This document shows positions 25,986 to 36,430 of a stretch of 64,000 nucleotides of DNA, piece by piece. A program made the position numbers and the translations under genes. The stretch is from an uncultured Spirochaetaceae bacterium. GTDB taxonomy: Bacteria; Myxococcota_A; UBA9160; UBA4427. Every line of letters starts with the position of its first letter. Within the stretch, counting starts at the first letter, position 1. Below the pieces are notes generated by a model. The model was not told the DNA's origin. It searched no databases and saw only the letters and a list, made by a program, of their open reading frames with translations. Where the stretch lies: NCBI GenBank assembly GCA_964565565.1, contig CAZMFM010000003.1, positions 37,774 to 101,773 of the forward strand, given 5' to 3'.

Positions 25986-26238
25986 GACCGCCTCCTCTGC
26001 CGCCTTCGATCCAGCCAAACAGCGGACTAAATAATACTCAATGTTTTCAGATACTTGCGCGATAGATGACGAGAAACAGCCGACTGTCCGAAAAAAGCCC
26101 GCCACCTGACCGCGTGAACTGGCACTTCCCTGTAGAACAAGCCGAATATCCCCTTCCCAGGGAGACCCGACGCGCTCTACGCACGTCGGGTCGCTTGTTT
26201 CTAGGGCCCGATGCGAGCGATGGGGTCAGCGAACGGGG

Positions 26239-28449
26239 TCAACGGCGGGCACAAGTCTCCGCCCACCGGGTCAGGGCGTCGAGGGCGCGGACGGCGCGGT
26301 GGGCACTCGGATAACAGAGGCGCCCGAATTCCCGCAAAGCGGCGGGACCCGCATTCTCAGGGTTCGAGGCGATCAGTTCCGTGACGGAGAGAACCGGCTT
26401 GTCGTGTTTCTGGCTGGCCGCGATGGCCGCCTCGACATAACGACGATCCTGCTTCTCGTGGAACTCCGCCATCCGTTCGAGACCATAGTCCGGGAAGTAG
26501 CGACCGGAGCGAAAAAAGGATGCGGTTGCGGCTTGAATGCCGATTCCCAGATGAATCACGGCGTCGACATCCGGATGTCCACAGACGATGTCGAGCACTT
26601 CTGGAATCGTGTCGCGGGTTTCGCCGCCTGCGAGATCGATTGGATTGCTTCGGCTCCAACGCGGCGGCACACGCTCGTCGATCGCCTCTCGAATCGCCTG
26701 GGGCAATTCCATGACCTCGAGCCCGACATCGGCGCAGGCGTCCGCTGCCAACACGCCCCAGCCCCCCACCGAGGTGAAGATCACCACGCGCCGGCCACGG
26801 GGAAGAGGTTGTGTCGCCAAGGTCGCCGCCCATTCGAAGGCTTCTTCGACGGTCGGCGCGCGCAAGATTCCCAGCTGATGACAAAGACCATCGAAGACCC
26901 GGTCATCGCTCGCTAGAGCGCCCGTATGACTGGCCGCGGCCCGTTGCCCTTCGGCTCGCGCTCCGCCCTTCACCAGCACGAGGGGCTTGGTTCGCGTGAG
27001 TCGTTCAGCGGCACGCCGAAAACGCCTGCCGTCCGCAATCCCCTCGACATAGGTCAGTGCCACATCAGTATCCGGATCGACGGCGAAGTATTCGAGTAGC
27101 TCCGCTAGTCCAGTCTGCGCAGAGTTGCCGAGCGAGACCGCCTTGCTGATTCCGACCCCGGTGGCGACCGCATAATTCAGATAGGAGGAGACCAGGTTGC
27201 CACTCTGACTCGCCACGCCGATGCGCCCGGGTGGCGGATTCGGGGGGACGATCTGCGCGCACATCGATTCCGGCGTCGAGATGACGCCCTGCCCGTTTGG
27301 GCCTATCAGCAGGATGTCCAATTCCACTGCGAGTTCGACGAGTTCGCGCTGCAACACCTGACCTTCTTCGCCCGCCTCGCCATATCCGGCACTCGTCACG
27401 AAAGCGGCGCGAACGCCTCTCTTCGCGCAAGCGCGAAGCAACTCGACATTCACCTTGTTAGGCGTACAAACAAATACGAGATCAGCGACGGCATCCTCTG
27501 GCAAGGCGTCGACACTCGAATACGTCGATCTCCCCAGAACCTCCGCAGCGTCCGGCTTCACACCAAAAACGTCGCCCTTGAAATCGCAGCGAAGCAGATT
27601 GTGGAAGGTGACGAAGCCAAATTTTCCAGGATGGCTGGCCACTCCGGCCACGATGACGCCGCGTGGGTGGAAGAGCGGACGAAAGCGCTCGAGAATTTCA
27701 TCGTCGGACAAGGGCTCCGGCAGTGGCGATGACGGCGATGACGGCGATGCCGCATCCGACGCAGCCGAGATTCGCTCTTCGACGAGGGCGTCGACGGCGA
27801 TCGGTTGATCCCCGGCCACGATCAGGGGATTGAGATCAACACTTTCGATTTCCGGATGCTCGAGCGCCAGTCGCGATAGACCTTCGAGTACATCCGCCAA
27901 GGCCTCACGATCGATGGCCGGCTCGCCCCGATGGGGCTCCGTCAAGAGATGGCTCGTCGCCAGACCATCGAGCATCGCCATCGCTTCTCGCCGCGTGAGC
28001 GGTGCCACGGCAAAGACCGCGTCGCCAACGGCTTCAGCAAGAATTCCGCCGAGCCCAAGCAATACGCAAGGACCAAATTGAGGATCGCGAACGAAGCCGG
28101 CGATCAATTCACGTTGACCGCGCACCTGCTCCGCCACCAAGACCGAGACTTCGCCGTCTTCAGGCCGCGCCAACCCGAGCAACTCGCGCGCTTCACTTTC
28201 GACGGCCCGGGCATCCGCGACACCGAGCCGGACGAGACTTCGCTCCGTCTTGTGCGCGATGCCGTCCCCGGCCAGTTTGAGAACGACCGGATAGCCGATC
28301 TCCTCCGCCGCCTTCACAGTGGAGGCGGGGTCCTTGGCCAGGCGCTCGATGGGAATGCGAACGCCGTAGGCGGCGACGATTTCCTTCGAGGCATGCTCGG
28401 ACAGTGTGCGGGTCGTCGACTCTTCGGAAGCGGAATTTGAATTGGTCAT
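26239..28449 (-). CDS. ADP-forming acyl-CoA synthetase (acetate-CoA ligase family), ATP-grasp domain N-terminal to CoA-binding/ligase domains
   Basis: N-terminal ATP-grasp (..GYPVVLKLAGDGIAHKTERSLV..) then the CoA-binding domain (..PRGVIVAGVASHPGKFG.., ..VFVCTP.., ..LLIGPNGQGV.., ..GVASQSGNL..). Confidence 0.85.
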   Translation of the reverse strand: MTNSNSASEESTTRTLSEHASKEIVAAYGVRIPIERLAKDPASTVKAAEEIGYPVVLKLAGDGIAHKTERSLVRLGVADARAVESEARELLGLARPEDGEVSVLVAEQVRGQRELIAGFVRDPQFGPCVLLGLGGILAEAVGDAVFAVAPLTRREAMAMLDGLATSHLLTEPHRGEPAIDREALADVLEGLSRLALEHPEIESVDLNPLIVAGDQPIAVDALVEERISAASDAASPSSPSSPLPEPLSDDEILERFRPLFHPRGVIVAGVASHPGKFGFVTFHNLLRCDFKGDVFGVKPDAAEVLGRSTYSSVDALPEDAVADLVFVCTPNKVNVELLRACAKRGVRAAFVTSAGYGEAGEEGQVLQRELVELAVELDILLIGPNGQGVISTPESMCAQIVPPNPPPGRIGVASQSGNLVSSYLNYAVATGVGISKAVSLGNSAQTGLAELLEYFAVDPDTDVALTYVEGIADGRRFRRAAERLTRTKPLVLVKGGARAEGQRAAASHTGALASDDRVFDGLCHQLGILRAPTVEEAFEWAATLATQPLPRGRRVVIFTSVGGWGVLAADACADVGLEVMELPQAIREAIDERVPPRWSRSNPIDLAGGETRDTIPEVLDIVCGHPDVDAVIHLGIGIQAATASFFRSGRYFPDYGLERMAEFHEKQDRRYVEAAIAASQKHDKPVLSVTELIASNPENAGPAALREFGRLCYPSAHRAVRALDALTRWAETCARR

Positions 28450-28548
28450 GAGGCGCAGAGACTAGTCGACGCGCCCCGTCAGGACAAAAACACCCGGGAC
28501 TCGCAAATGCAATCGCATGCTACTGAAATCGCGTATGATTCCCGGATC

Positions 28549-30048
28549 ATGCCAAACGAGATCGCCAATCAATCGACCGGCCTCTTCGCCACACTCGAGA
28601 GCCTCTTCGAACAAATCGTCGTCTCGCCGATCCAGGAGTTGATCTTCTTTGATCTGGCCTTCTGGGACAACGCGAGCGGCGATGCCCTTCAATTGCCCAT
28701 CGTCGTCGTATGGCTCGTCGCCGGCGCGACCTTTTTTACCTTTCGATTTCAGTTCGTGAATTTTCGCGGCTTCCGTCACGGGATCGAGTGCGTGCGCGGC
28801 CGCTATTCGGCACCCGGGGGCCCAGGTGAGATTACCCATTTCCAGGCCCTCTCCGCCGCACTGTCCGCCACGGTCGGCCTCGGCAATATCGCGGGCGTGG
28901 CCTTCGCCGTGGGCATCGGTGGCCCCGGTGCGGTTTTCTGGATGATCGTCTGCGGACTGCTCGGCATGAGTTCAAAATTCGCCGAGTGCACCTTGGGCCA
29001 GCGTTATCGCACGATCGACGAAGACGGTCACGTAACGGGTGGGCCCATGCTCTACCTGAGTCGCGGACTCACCGAACTCGGACACCCCACGTTAGGCCGC
29101 GTTCTCGCCGCCCTCTTTGCGGTGATGTGTATCGGCGCCAGCTTCGGCGGGGGCAATATGTTCCAGGCCAACCAGAGCTTCGCCCTGATCAGGACCGAGA
29201 TCCCGATGCTCGCCGAAGGCAGTGGTCAGATCGGCTTTGGATTGGTGCTGGTCGTCCTGGTCGCCATGGTCATCATCGGCGGCATTCGCCGCATCGGCGA
29301 AGTCGCCTCAGTTCTCGTCCCGGCGATGTGTCTGCTCTATATGATTTGCGGCGTCTTGATTCTTCTGACCCATGCCTCTGCGGTGCCCGAAGCATTCGGT
29401 CTGATCGTCAGCAAGGCGTTCAGCTTCGAAGCCGGGCTGGGCGGTTTCGTGGGGACGTTGGTCCAGGGCTTTCGACGTGCCGCGTTCAGCAACGAAGCCG
29501 GCGTCGGCTCAGCCGCCATCGCCCATTCAGCAGCGCGAACCGACGAGCCGATTCGCGAAGGCCTGGTCGCGCTACTCGAGCCCTTCATCGACACGGTCGT
29601 TGTCTGTACAACGACCGCGCTCGTCATCGTCGTGACCGGCGCCTGGAACGATCCCAATGCGGGGAGCGGAATCACGATGACGGCGACGGCCTTTGCGACC
29701 GTCTTCCCGTGGTTTCCAAAAGTCCTGACCGTCATCGCTGTGCTTTTCGCCTTCAGCACGATGATCTCGTGGAGCTACTACGGCGAGCGGTCCTGGAAAT
29801 ATCTCTTCGGTGCCCAATCGATCCTGATCTACCAGATCCTATTCCTGACCTTTACGTTCGCCGGCGTGGTTTTCCAGAACGCGGACGTAGTCCTGAATTT
29901 TGGAGATCTCATGATCCTGGGAATGGCGTTCCCGAATATTGCCGGGGTCGTCTTGATGACCGGGGTGATCAAGGCCGATCTGGATTCCTATTTCCGGCGA
30001 CTCGCCGCGGGCGAGTTCCCAATCTACTCACACTCGAGCGCGACCTAG
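28549..30048 (+). CDS. Alanine/glycine:cation symporter (AGCS family)
   Basis: ..TATVGLGNIAGVAFAVGIGGPGAVFWMIVCGLLGMSSKFAECTLGQRYR..GGPMLYL.., a polytopic membrane protein. Confidence 0.9.
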   Translation: MPNEIANQSTGLFATLESLFEQIVVSPIQELIFFDLAFWDNASGDALQLPIVVVWLVAGATFFTFRFQFVNFRGFRHGIECVRGRYSAPGGPGEITHFQALSAALSATVGLGNIAGVAFAVGIGGPGAVFWMIVCGLLGMSSKFAECTLGQRYRTIDEDGHVTGGPMLYLSRGLTELGHPTLGRVLAALFAVMCIGASFGGGNMFQANQSFALIRTEIPMLAEGSGQIGFGLVLVVLVAMVIIGGIRRIGEVASVLVPAMCLLYMICGVLILLTHASAVPEAFGLIVSKAFSFEAGLGGFVGTLVQGFRRAAFSNEAGVGSAAIAHSAARTDEPIREGLVALLEPFIDTVVVCTTTALVIVVTGAWNDPNAGSGITMTATAFATVFPWFPKVLTVIAVLFAFSTMISWSYYGERSWKYLFGAQSILIYQILFLTFTFAGVVFQNADVVLNFGDLMILGMAFPNIAGVVLMTGVIKADLDSYFRRLAAGEFPIYSHSSAT

Positions 30049-30055
30049 CACACGA

Positions 30056-30919
30056 TCAGGGCGCGATCTCGGCGACTGGTTGTTGTACTTCTGGCTCTCG
30101 AATCGAAATCACCGCTCTCTCGGAAAATTTCACCCGCCCCGATTTACCCAAGGTTCCGCCCAGGGGCTGCGCGCCATAGTCGGGATGCATCCGGGTCGAC
30201 AGCCGGGTACTCGTTTCCGTTCCGTAGAAATAGACTCCGACAAGCGGAAGATCACCGATGGAATCGGGCGCCTTCAAAGTGAAAATGATCTTCGCGCGAG
30301 ACCAGCGATCTTCTTCTGCGCTCGAGGACACACCGTCGACATTCACGAAAGTGATGTTGCGGCCTTCGCGTTCGGGCCGGCGACTGATCCATTCCGACTG
30401 CGGCCCCTTTGCGCCGATGATCGTCGGCGCGCCAACGACTTCCCAACCCAACGCAGAGGCCGGCCGCGCAAAGAATCGATGGGACCGGTCGACCAGCCCG
30501 ACGCCGACCGAGGGCCCTGCTCCGCCCGTGACCTTGACCGTCACCTGGAAGGTTTCACCCGGTGCCACCTGAGGCGGATACTCAAGCGTGATCGTCGAAT
30601 TGCGATCGACAGCGGAGAGCAACCCGATGAGTCGCGCACGGTCCTCAACCGAGAGTTCACCATATTTTCCGGCGCCGGCGCGAATCTGGGCGAAATGTTT
30701 GTTCGTGGCGAGTTCCGACTTCGCCCGCTCACCGAGACCCGCAAGATCCTCCTCGGCCGTCGAAGAATGACAGGCGGCGCAATACGGCGCGACATCGGTC
30801 TGAAAGTCGGGTGTGCCGCCTGGATAGGCCATCGCGGTCGGCACGACGAGCAGCAGCACGAGTCCAGCCATTGTGAAAACAAGGGCCAGGAGACGTCCGT
30901 GTTGTCTGTGTACCGCCAT
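30056..30919 (-). CDS. Secreted hypothetical protein with a single CxxCH c-type haem motif
   Basis: Signal peptide (LLALVFTMAGLVLLLVVPTAMA) and a single CAACH motif near the N-terminus. The rest is beta-rich with no family I recognise. Confidence 0.5.
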   Translation of the reverse strand: MAVHRQHGRLLALVFTMAGLVLLLVVPTAMAYPGGTPDFQTDVAPYCAACHSSTAEEDLAGLGERAKSELATNKHFAQIRAGAGKYGELSVEDRARLIGLLSAVDRNSTITLEYPPQVAPGETFQVTVKVTGGAGPSVGVGLVDRSHRFFARPASALGWEVVGAPTIIGAKGPQSEWISRRPEREGRNITFVNVDGVSSSAEEDRWSRAKIIFTLKAPDSIGDLPLVGVYFYGTETSTRLSTRMHPDYGAQPLGGTLGKSGRVKFSERAVISIREPEVQQPVAEIAP

Positions 30920-31069
30920 TGTCCATCCTCCAACGAGAGTTGAATCCGGCCCGTCGAGGCGGATCGAATGGCTCTTCTTCGACCACTCAGAGACCAGAAA
31001 TGAGTGCAGAAATCACCCTTTCCGAGCCTGCTAGCGTAGATCGATCACAATTCTTGGAGAATCGAACGA

Positions 31070-31948
31070 ATGGACCTGGGCAAAATCGGCGTTTGGACCT
31101 GGCTCGACCACCTTTCCGCCCCGGACGCCGCTGCGTTCGCGCGCCGGGCCGAAGATTGGGGCTACAGCGCCCTGTGGATCCCCGAAGCCGTGGGCAGGGA
31201 CCCTTTCGCCCTGATCGGCTACCTGGCCGCCCGCACCGAACGGATCATCCTGGCGACCGGAATCGCCAATATCTACGCCCGGGATCCGATGGCGACCAAG
31301 GCGATCTGGAAAACGGTCTCGGAATTGGCACCCAATCGGTTCATTCTCGGACTCGGCGTTTCCCATTCGCATCTCGTCTCGAAGCAACGCGGCCACGACT
31401 ACGGCAAGCCGCTGTCCACGATGAGAAACTATCTCGAAGCGATGGAGAAGGCGCTCTATATGGGCCGCGAGCCGGAACACGATGCACCGATCGTTCTCGG
31501 TGCCCTGCGTGACAAGATGCTCAAGCTCTCGGCGACCGCGGTCCAGGGAGCACATCCCTACCTCGTCACCCCCGCCCATACCGAGCACGCTCGCGAGCTG
31601 ATGGGAGCGGATGCCCTGCTCTGTCCGGAACAGATGGTGCTGGCGGAAACCGACCCGGTCAACGCACGCAAGGTGGCCCGCGCGAACCTCAAGGTCTATA
31701 TCGGGCTCCCGAATTACCAGAACAATCTACGCCAATTCGGTTTCGGCGATGACGACTTCGCGGACGGCGGATCGGATCGCCTGGTCGACGCCCTCGTCTG
31801 TTGGGGAGAGCCGGAGAAAATCGCCGCACACATCGAAAAACATCTCGAGGCCGGCGCCAACCATGTCTGCATTCAGGCCTATCGCGCCGATGGCCGACCC
31901 GGGGCGGATGAAGCGCTTCTCGAAAAGCTGGCGAAGAGGATCGGCTAG
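31070..31948 (+). CDS. LLM-class F420-dependent oxidoreductase (luciferase-like)
   Basis: MDLGKIGVWTWLD..WGYSALWIPEAVGRDPF..LATGIANIY.RDP..LGLGVSH.. is typical of the small F420-linked LLM subfamily. Confidence 0.8.
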   Translation: MDLGKIGVWTWLDHLSAPDAAAFARRAEDWGYSALWIPEAVGRDPFALIGYLAARTERIILATGIANIYARDPMATKAIWKTVSELAPNRFILGLGVSHSHLVSKQRGHDYGKPLSTMRNYLEAMEKALYMGREPEHDAPIVLGALRDKMLKLSATAVQGAHPYLVTPAHTEHARELMGADALLCPEQMVLAETDPVNARKVARANLKVYIGLPNYQNNLRQFGFGDDDFADGGSDRLVDALVCWGEPEKIAAHIEKHLEAGANHVCIQAYRADGRPGADEALLEKLAKRIG

Positions 31949-31993
31949 GAGCCTGCGATCGTGCGACGGAGTCCAGGCGGATTTCGATGATCG

Positions 31994-33667
31994 TCAGGCA
32001 TCGATTCTTCGATACTTGATTCGATGCGGCGTGTCCGCATCCGCACCGAGGCGCTTCCTGCGATCGACCTCATAGTCCTGATAGTTGCCCTCGAACCACT
32101 CGACGTGGGAGTCGCCCTCGAAGGCCAGGATATGGGTCGCGATCCGGTCGAGGAACCAGCGGTCATGGGAGATCACGACCGCGCAACCCGGAAAATCGAT
32201 CAAAGCATCTTCGAGGGCACGCAAGGTGTCGACGTCGAGGTCATTGGTCGGCTCATCGAGTAGCAAGACGTTGCCCCCGGTGCGCAGCAAGAGCGCGAGA
32301 TTGACCCGATTGCGTTCGCCACCCGAAAGGTCGCCGACGAGTTTTTGCTGGTCAGAACCCTTGAAATTGAACGAGGACACCCACGCACGCGAGGGCACTT
32401 CTCGATTCCCGATCACGATCCGCTCGTCGCCACCGCTGATCACTTCCCAGACCGTCTTCGAGCCATCGAGATCGCGACGATCCTGATCGACATACGAAAG
32501 GGAAACGGTCTCGCCCAAATGCAGGTCGCCAGAATCGGCTTTCTCTTCGCCGCTGATGATCTTGAAAAGCGTCGTCTTGCCCGCGCCGTTCGGTCCGATG
32601 ATGCCAACGATACCGCCAGGGGGAAGCTTGAATGAAAGATCTTCGAAGAGCAGCTTGTCGGGATAGGCCTTCGCCAACTTCTCGGCGTCGACCACAACGT
32701 CGCCAAGCCGTTCCGGAATGGGAATCGCGATCTCGACCTTTTCTGGCGCGCGGTCCACGCCCTCACGCATCAAGTCTTCGTAGGCGTTGATACGCGCCTT
32801 GCCCTTGGCCTGCCGGGCACGCGGGCTCATCTTGATCCAATCCAACTCGCGCGCCAGGGTCCGCGCATGGGCGCCGGCCTGCTTCTCTTCGACTGCGAGT
32901 CGCTTGTTCTTCTGTTCGAGCCAGGAGGAATAATTTCCTTCCCAGGGAATGCCGTGACCGCGATCGAGTTCGAGGATCCAGCCCGCCACATTGTCGAGGA
33001 AATAGCGATCATGGGTGATCGCGACGACGGTTCCGGGGTATTCCTGAAGGAAGCGTTCGAGCCAGGCCACACTCTCCGCGTCGAGATGATTCGTCGGCTC
33101 GTCGAGTAGCAACATATCCGGCTTCGACAACAACAGTCGACAGAGCGCCACCCGGCGTTTCTCACCGCCCGACAACGTTGCAACATCAGCCTCCGGCCGG
33201 GGACAACGAAGCGCCTCCATCGCGACATCGATCGTTCGATCGATCTCCCATGCGTCCGCCGCATCGATCTTGTCCTGCAATTTGCCCTGCTTCTCGAGCA
33301 GCGCATTCATCTCGTCGTCTTCCATCGGCTCGGCGAATTTCTCGGACATGGCGTTGAACTCGTCGAGCAAAGCACGAAGCTCGCCCACCCCTTCCTCAAC
33401 GTTGCCGAGAACCGTCTTTTCCGGATCGAGTTCGGGCTCCTGCGGCAAATAGCCGATGCGCAGCCCCTTGGAAGGTCGCGCCTCGCCCATGATGTCCTCG
33501 TCCACCCCCGCCATGATCCGGAGCAGCGTGCTCTTGCCCGAACCGTTCGCGCCGAGGACACCGATTTTGGCGCCCGGATAGAAAGACAGCGAAATTCCAT
33601 CAAGGATCACCCGGTCGCCAATGACCTTGCGCAAATCATTCATCGTGAAGACGAACTCGTGAGCCAC
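31994..33667 (-). CDS. ettA: Energy-dependent translational throttle protein EttA (ABC-F ATPase)
   Basis: Collinear with E. coli EttA throughout ([82 protein letters not shown]..). Confidence 0.97.
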   Translation of the reverse strand: MAHEFVFTMNDLRKVIGDRVILDGISLSFYPGAKIGVLGANGSGKSTLLRIMAGVDEDIMGEARPSKGLRIGYLPQEPELDPEKTVLGNVEEGVGELRALLDEFNAMSEKFAEPMEDDEMNALLEKQGKLQDKIDAADAWEIDRTIDVAMEALRCPRPEADVATLSGGEKRRVALCRLLLSKPDMLLLDEPTNHLDAESVAWLERFLQEYPGTVVAITHDRYFLDNVAGWILELDRGHGIPWEGNYSSWLEQKNKRLAVEEKQAGAHARTLARELDWIKMSPRARQAKGKARINAYEDLMREGVDRAPEKVEIAIPIPERLGDVVVDAEKLAKAYPDKLLFEDLSFKLPPGGIVGIIGPNGAGKTTLFKIISGEEKADSGDLHLGETVSLSYVDQDRRDLDGSKTVWEVISGGDERIVIGNREVPSRAWVSSFNFKGSDQQKLVGDLSGGERNRVNLALLLRTGGNVLLLDEPTNDLDVDTLRALEDALIDFPGCAVVISHDRWFLDRIATHILAFEGDSHVEWFEGNYQDYEVDRRKRLGADADTPHRIKYRRIDA

Positions 33668-33870
33668 CCTTCGCTTCCCCCGTGACGCCGAGTCGAAAAC
33701 CCGCGCGTTGAATTCATGGACCCGAATCGCATGATCCGGCCTCGGCCAAGGAGTCTAGCTCTACAACGGCCAGACAGTAGTGGTAGACTCGAACTCGCTT
33801 GCGCGAATCCAGAGCACCCTCTGGATCCAGACTTCCCTTCGATTCGATTCGCCCTTTTCGGGCTAGCCCC

Positions 33871-35460
33871 ATGGAAACTCGTACGATGCGTCCGGCCCAT
33901 TTCGCGAATCGTCTACCCGCACTGCTCGGTGTCCTTTGTGGTGTCCTCTTCCTGCCAGGGTGTGACTGGGGAGAGCGCCATGACATCCTGATTCTCGTGC
34001 GTGCCGAGGATCCAACGTCGCGAGCGATCGGCGACTATTATGCCGCGGCCCACAACATTCCCGACCACCGGGTCTTGAGCCTTCGGCTCTCCGGTGGCGT
34101 CGGCGAGAACCAGACCTCCGAAGCCACGCCGGCTGCCGCTCGAAACGAAATCAAGCCTGCGACTTTCGATTCCGAAATCCGCGCGCCGATCGAGGCGTAT
34201 CTCGTCGAGCAGGATCCGGACAACGAAATCTCGATCCTGGTGACCACGCGCGGCATTCCGCTCCGCATCGGACATTGCAAGTCCGACCAGCGCCATGATC
34301 CGCGGGATTGTCGATCGACCGCGGTGGACGCCGCCCTCGCCGGGCTCGGCCGACTCAATACGCCCGGCGAGTTGATCGAATCCAACACGGGCCGAGTCCG
34401 TGCCGGTCGACTTGAAGCCAATGCCAATCCCTATTTCGGGGACCCACGACCCTTCGAGCGCTTTCGTCGCGATGAACCGAATGCGACCCTGCGCTTCCTG
34501 GTGGCACGACTATCGGGTCCGGCCACCCTCGACGATTCCGGATCGAAGGTCCCAATCGCGCTACGCCGACTGATCGACGGCACCCTGAATCCAGTGTCGG
34601 AATCGGCATCCGACTCGAAAGGTCCGAACGATCGCGTCTGGCAGATCATCGCCAGCGCACCCGCTCGCTCGCGCGACCCGGCCTCTCGTGCGCTGATCGA
34701 TCCGATCCATGCACTCGAGGCCCGAAGTGGAGTGCGCATCTGCGATCGCTGTGTGAACTCGTCCAAATCCCGTCCACCGATCGGCTTGATCTTGCAGCCT
34801 GCGTTTCCAGGCAATGCCGTCGACACAATGCCCGAACGACTCGCCTTCCCCGGCTTTGTCATCGCCCTCGGCGGCCCGGCCGACGAGAAGCTTCCCTTCG
34901 ATCGTTCACTTGGCCATTGGCTCGCCCGGGGCGCGCTCGCTCTCTCTCTCCATCTCGACGATCCGAGCCTGGGCGGCGTCACCCGACCCGCCTCCCTGCT
35001 CCGCGCCTGGTCCGAGGGGCGTATGGCGGTCGAGGCCCATTTCAACAGCGTGCCGCAACTCGGTTGGACCAACGTCTTCGTCGGGGATCCATTGCTGACA
35101 ACCGCGCACCCCGTCGCGCTGACACGCGCCGACCGAGACGACCGGGACAACGACGGCATCCAGAACGCAGACGATAATTGTCTGGACGTGGCGAACCCCG
35201 ACCAACGCGACTCGAATGGAGATGGCATCGGCAATCGATGCGATCCCGATGTCAACAACGATGGTCGCGTCGATACATCCTGGGGAAGAATCTATCCAGT
35301 GGACGAACGCGGGGACCTCGAAAGCATCGCGCTCACCGCGCGCAACGGCCCCTTCGATCCCGACCACGATCTCGACGGAGACGGCGTGGTCGACGGCCGT
35401 GATCTCGCCCTGGCCCAACTCTGGCTCTTTCGCCGGCCCGGCCCCTCCGGCACACACTGA
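33871..35460 (+). CDS. Lipoprotein with C-terminal thrombospondin type-3 / dockerin-like Ca-binding repeats
   Basis: Lipobox LFLPG-C. The N-terminal domain resembles the conserved hypothetical family I recall as TIGR03790 (..ILILVRAEDPTSRAIGDYYAAAHNIPDHRVLSL..). C-terminal Asp-rich repeats (DRDNDGIQNADDNCLDVANPDQRDSNGDGIGNRCDPDVNNDGRVD ... DLDGDGVVDGRD). Confidence 0.6.
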   Translation: METRTMRPAHFANRLPALLGVLCGVLFLPGCDWGERHDILILVRAEDPTSRAIGDYYAAAHNIPDHRVLSLRLSGGVGENQTSEATPAAARNEIKPATFDSEIRAPIEAYLVEQDPDNEISILVTTRGIPLRIGHCKSDQRHDPRDCRSTAVDAALAGLGRLNTPGELIESNTGRVRAGRLEANANPYFGDPRPFERFRRDEPNATLRFLVARLSGPATLDDSGSKVPIALRRLIDGTLNPVSESASDSKGPNDRVWQIIASAPARSRDPASRALIDPIHALEARSGVRICDRCVNSSKSRPPIGLILQPAFPGNAVDTMPERLAFPGFVIALGGPADEKLPFDRSLGHWLARGALALSLHLDDPSLGGVTRPASLLRAWSEGRMAVEAHFNSVPQLGWTNVFVGDPLLTTAHPVALTRADRDDRDNDGIQNADDNCLDVANPDQRDSNGDGIGNRCDPDVNNDGRVDTSWGRIYPVDERGDLESIALTARNGPFDPDHDLDGDGVVDGRDLALAQLWLFRRPGPSGTH

Positions 35461-35527
35461 CATCCGCTCGCTGGACGATCATCGCGCAGCGATGCCCGCG
35501 CGCGACATCCTCCCAAAACGACCCGCG

Positions 35528-36430
35528 TCAATCTGATTCATCCCGCTCGCGCGCCAACCCAAGGATCAGGCTCGACGTATCCAAGCGCCCTCCACCCCGC
35601 TCCTGGATCGCCTGGTATCGGGCATCGACCCGCTCCGTGATCGGAAGCCGCGCACCGGCGCGATGCGCCTCCTCGAGCGCCATGGCGAGATCCTTGCGCA
35701 TCCAATCGACCGCAAAGCCAAAATCGAATCGACCCTCGATCATCGTCTGCGCCCGATTCTCCATCTGCCAGGAGCCCGCCGCGCCCTGCGAAATGACCTC
35801 GACGACGCGTTCGGCATCGAGTCCTACCCGACTCGCGAAATTCAGCCCCTCGGAGAGCGCTTGCACCAGGCCGGCAATGCAGATTTGATTGACCATCTTG
35901 GTCAACTGCCCGTGGCCGACAGGACCGAGCAAGAGATGTTTCTTGGCGTAGTGATCGAGTATCGGGGCGACGCGTCGATAGTTCGCCTGATCGCCGCCTA
36001 GCATGATCGTCAAGGAACCGGCTTCGGCACCCGCCTGCCCCCCAGAGACCGGCGCGTCGAGAAAAGCAACACCCCGCGCCTCGGCCACGGCGGCCAGCTC
36101 GCGGGCGATCGTCGCGGACGCCGTCGTATGATCGACGAAGAGGGAACCCGAAGACATCGCGAACAACGCCCCCTCGTCGCCGAGCGTGATCTCGCGCAGA
36201 TCCGAATCCGCTCCGGTACAGGCGAATACGATGTCCGCGTTCCGCGCCGCCTGCGCGGGGGTTTCGGCGACCGCAACGTCAAACTCGGAATGCGCCTCGG
36301 CCCAGGCGCTGGCGCGCGCCGCAGTCCGGTTGTAGACGACCACCGACAAACCCGCCCGCGCGAGGTGACCAGCCATCGGCCCGCCCATCACACCGAGACA
36401 AAGAAACGCGACCCGTCGAAGCTCGCTCAT
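35528..36430 (-). CDS. NAD(P)-dependent 3-hydroxyisobutyrate dehydrogenase-like oxidoreductase
   Basis: VAFLCLGVMGGPMAGHLARAG.. Rossmann motif, ..FLDAPVSGG.. and the 6-PGDH-type C-terminal helical domain. The start overlaps the lhr stop (ATGA). Confidence 0.85.
   Translation of the reverse strand: MSELRRVAFLCLGVMGGPMAGHLARAGLSVVVYNRTAARASAWAEAHSEFDVAVAETPAQAARNADIVFACTGADSDLREITLGDEGALFAMSSGSLFVDHTTASATIARELAAVAEARGVAFLDAPVSGGQAGAEAGSLTIMLGGDQANYRRVAPILDHYAKKHLLLGPVGHGQLTKMVNQICIAGLVQALSEGLNFASRVGLDAERVVEVISQGAAGSWQMENRAQTMIEGRFDFGFAVDWMRKDLAMALEEAHRAGARLPITERVDARYQAIQERGGGRLDTSSLILGLARERDESD

Noticed and set aside
28450-28548. Possible glycine riboswitch upstream of the alanine/glycine symporter.
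   Set aside because: The roughly 100-nt leader lacks the conserved glycine-aptamer core elements I could recognise and is too short for a tandem aptamer. An Rfam scan would be needed to be certain.
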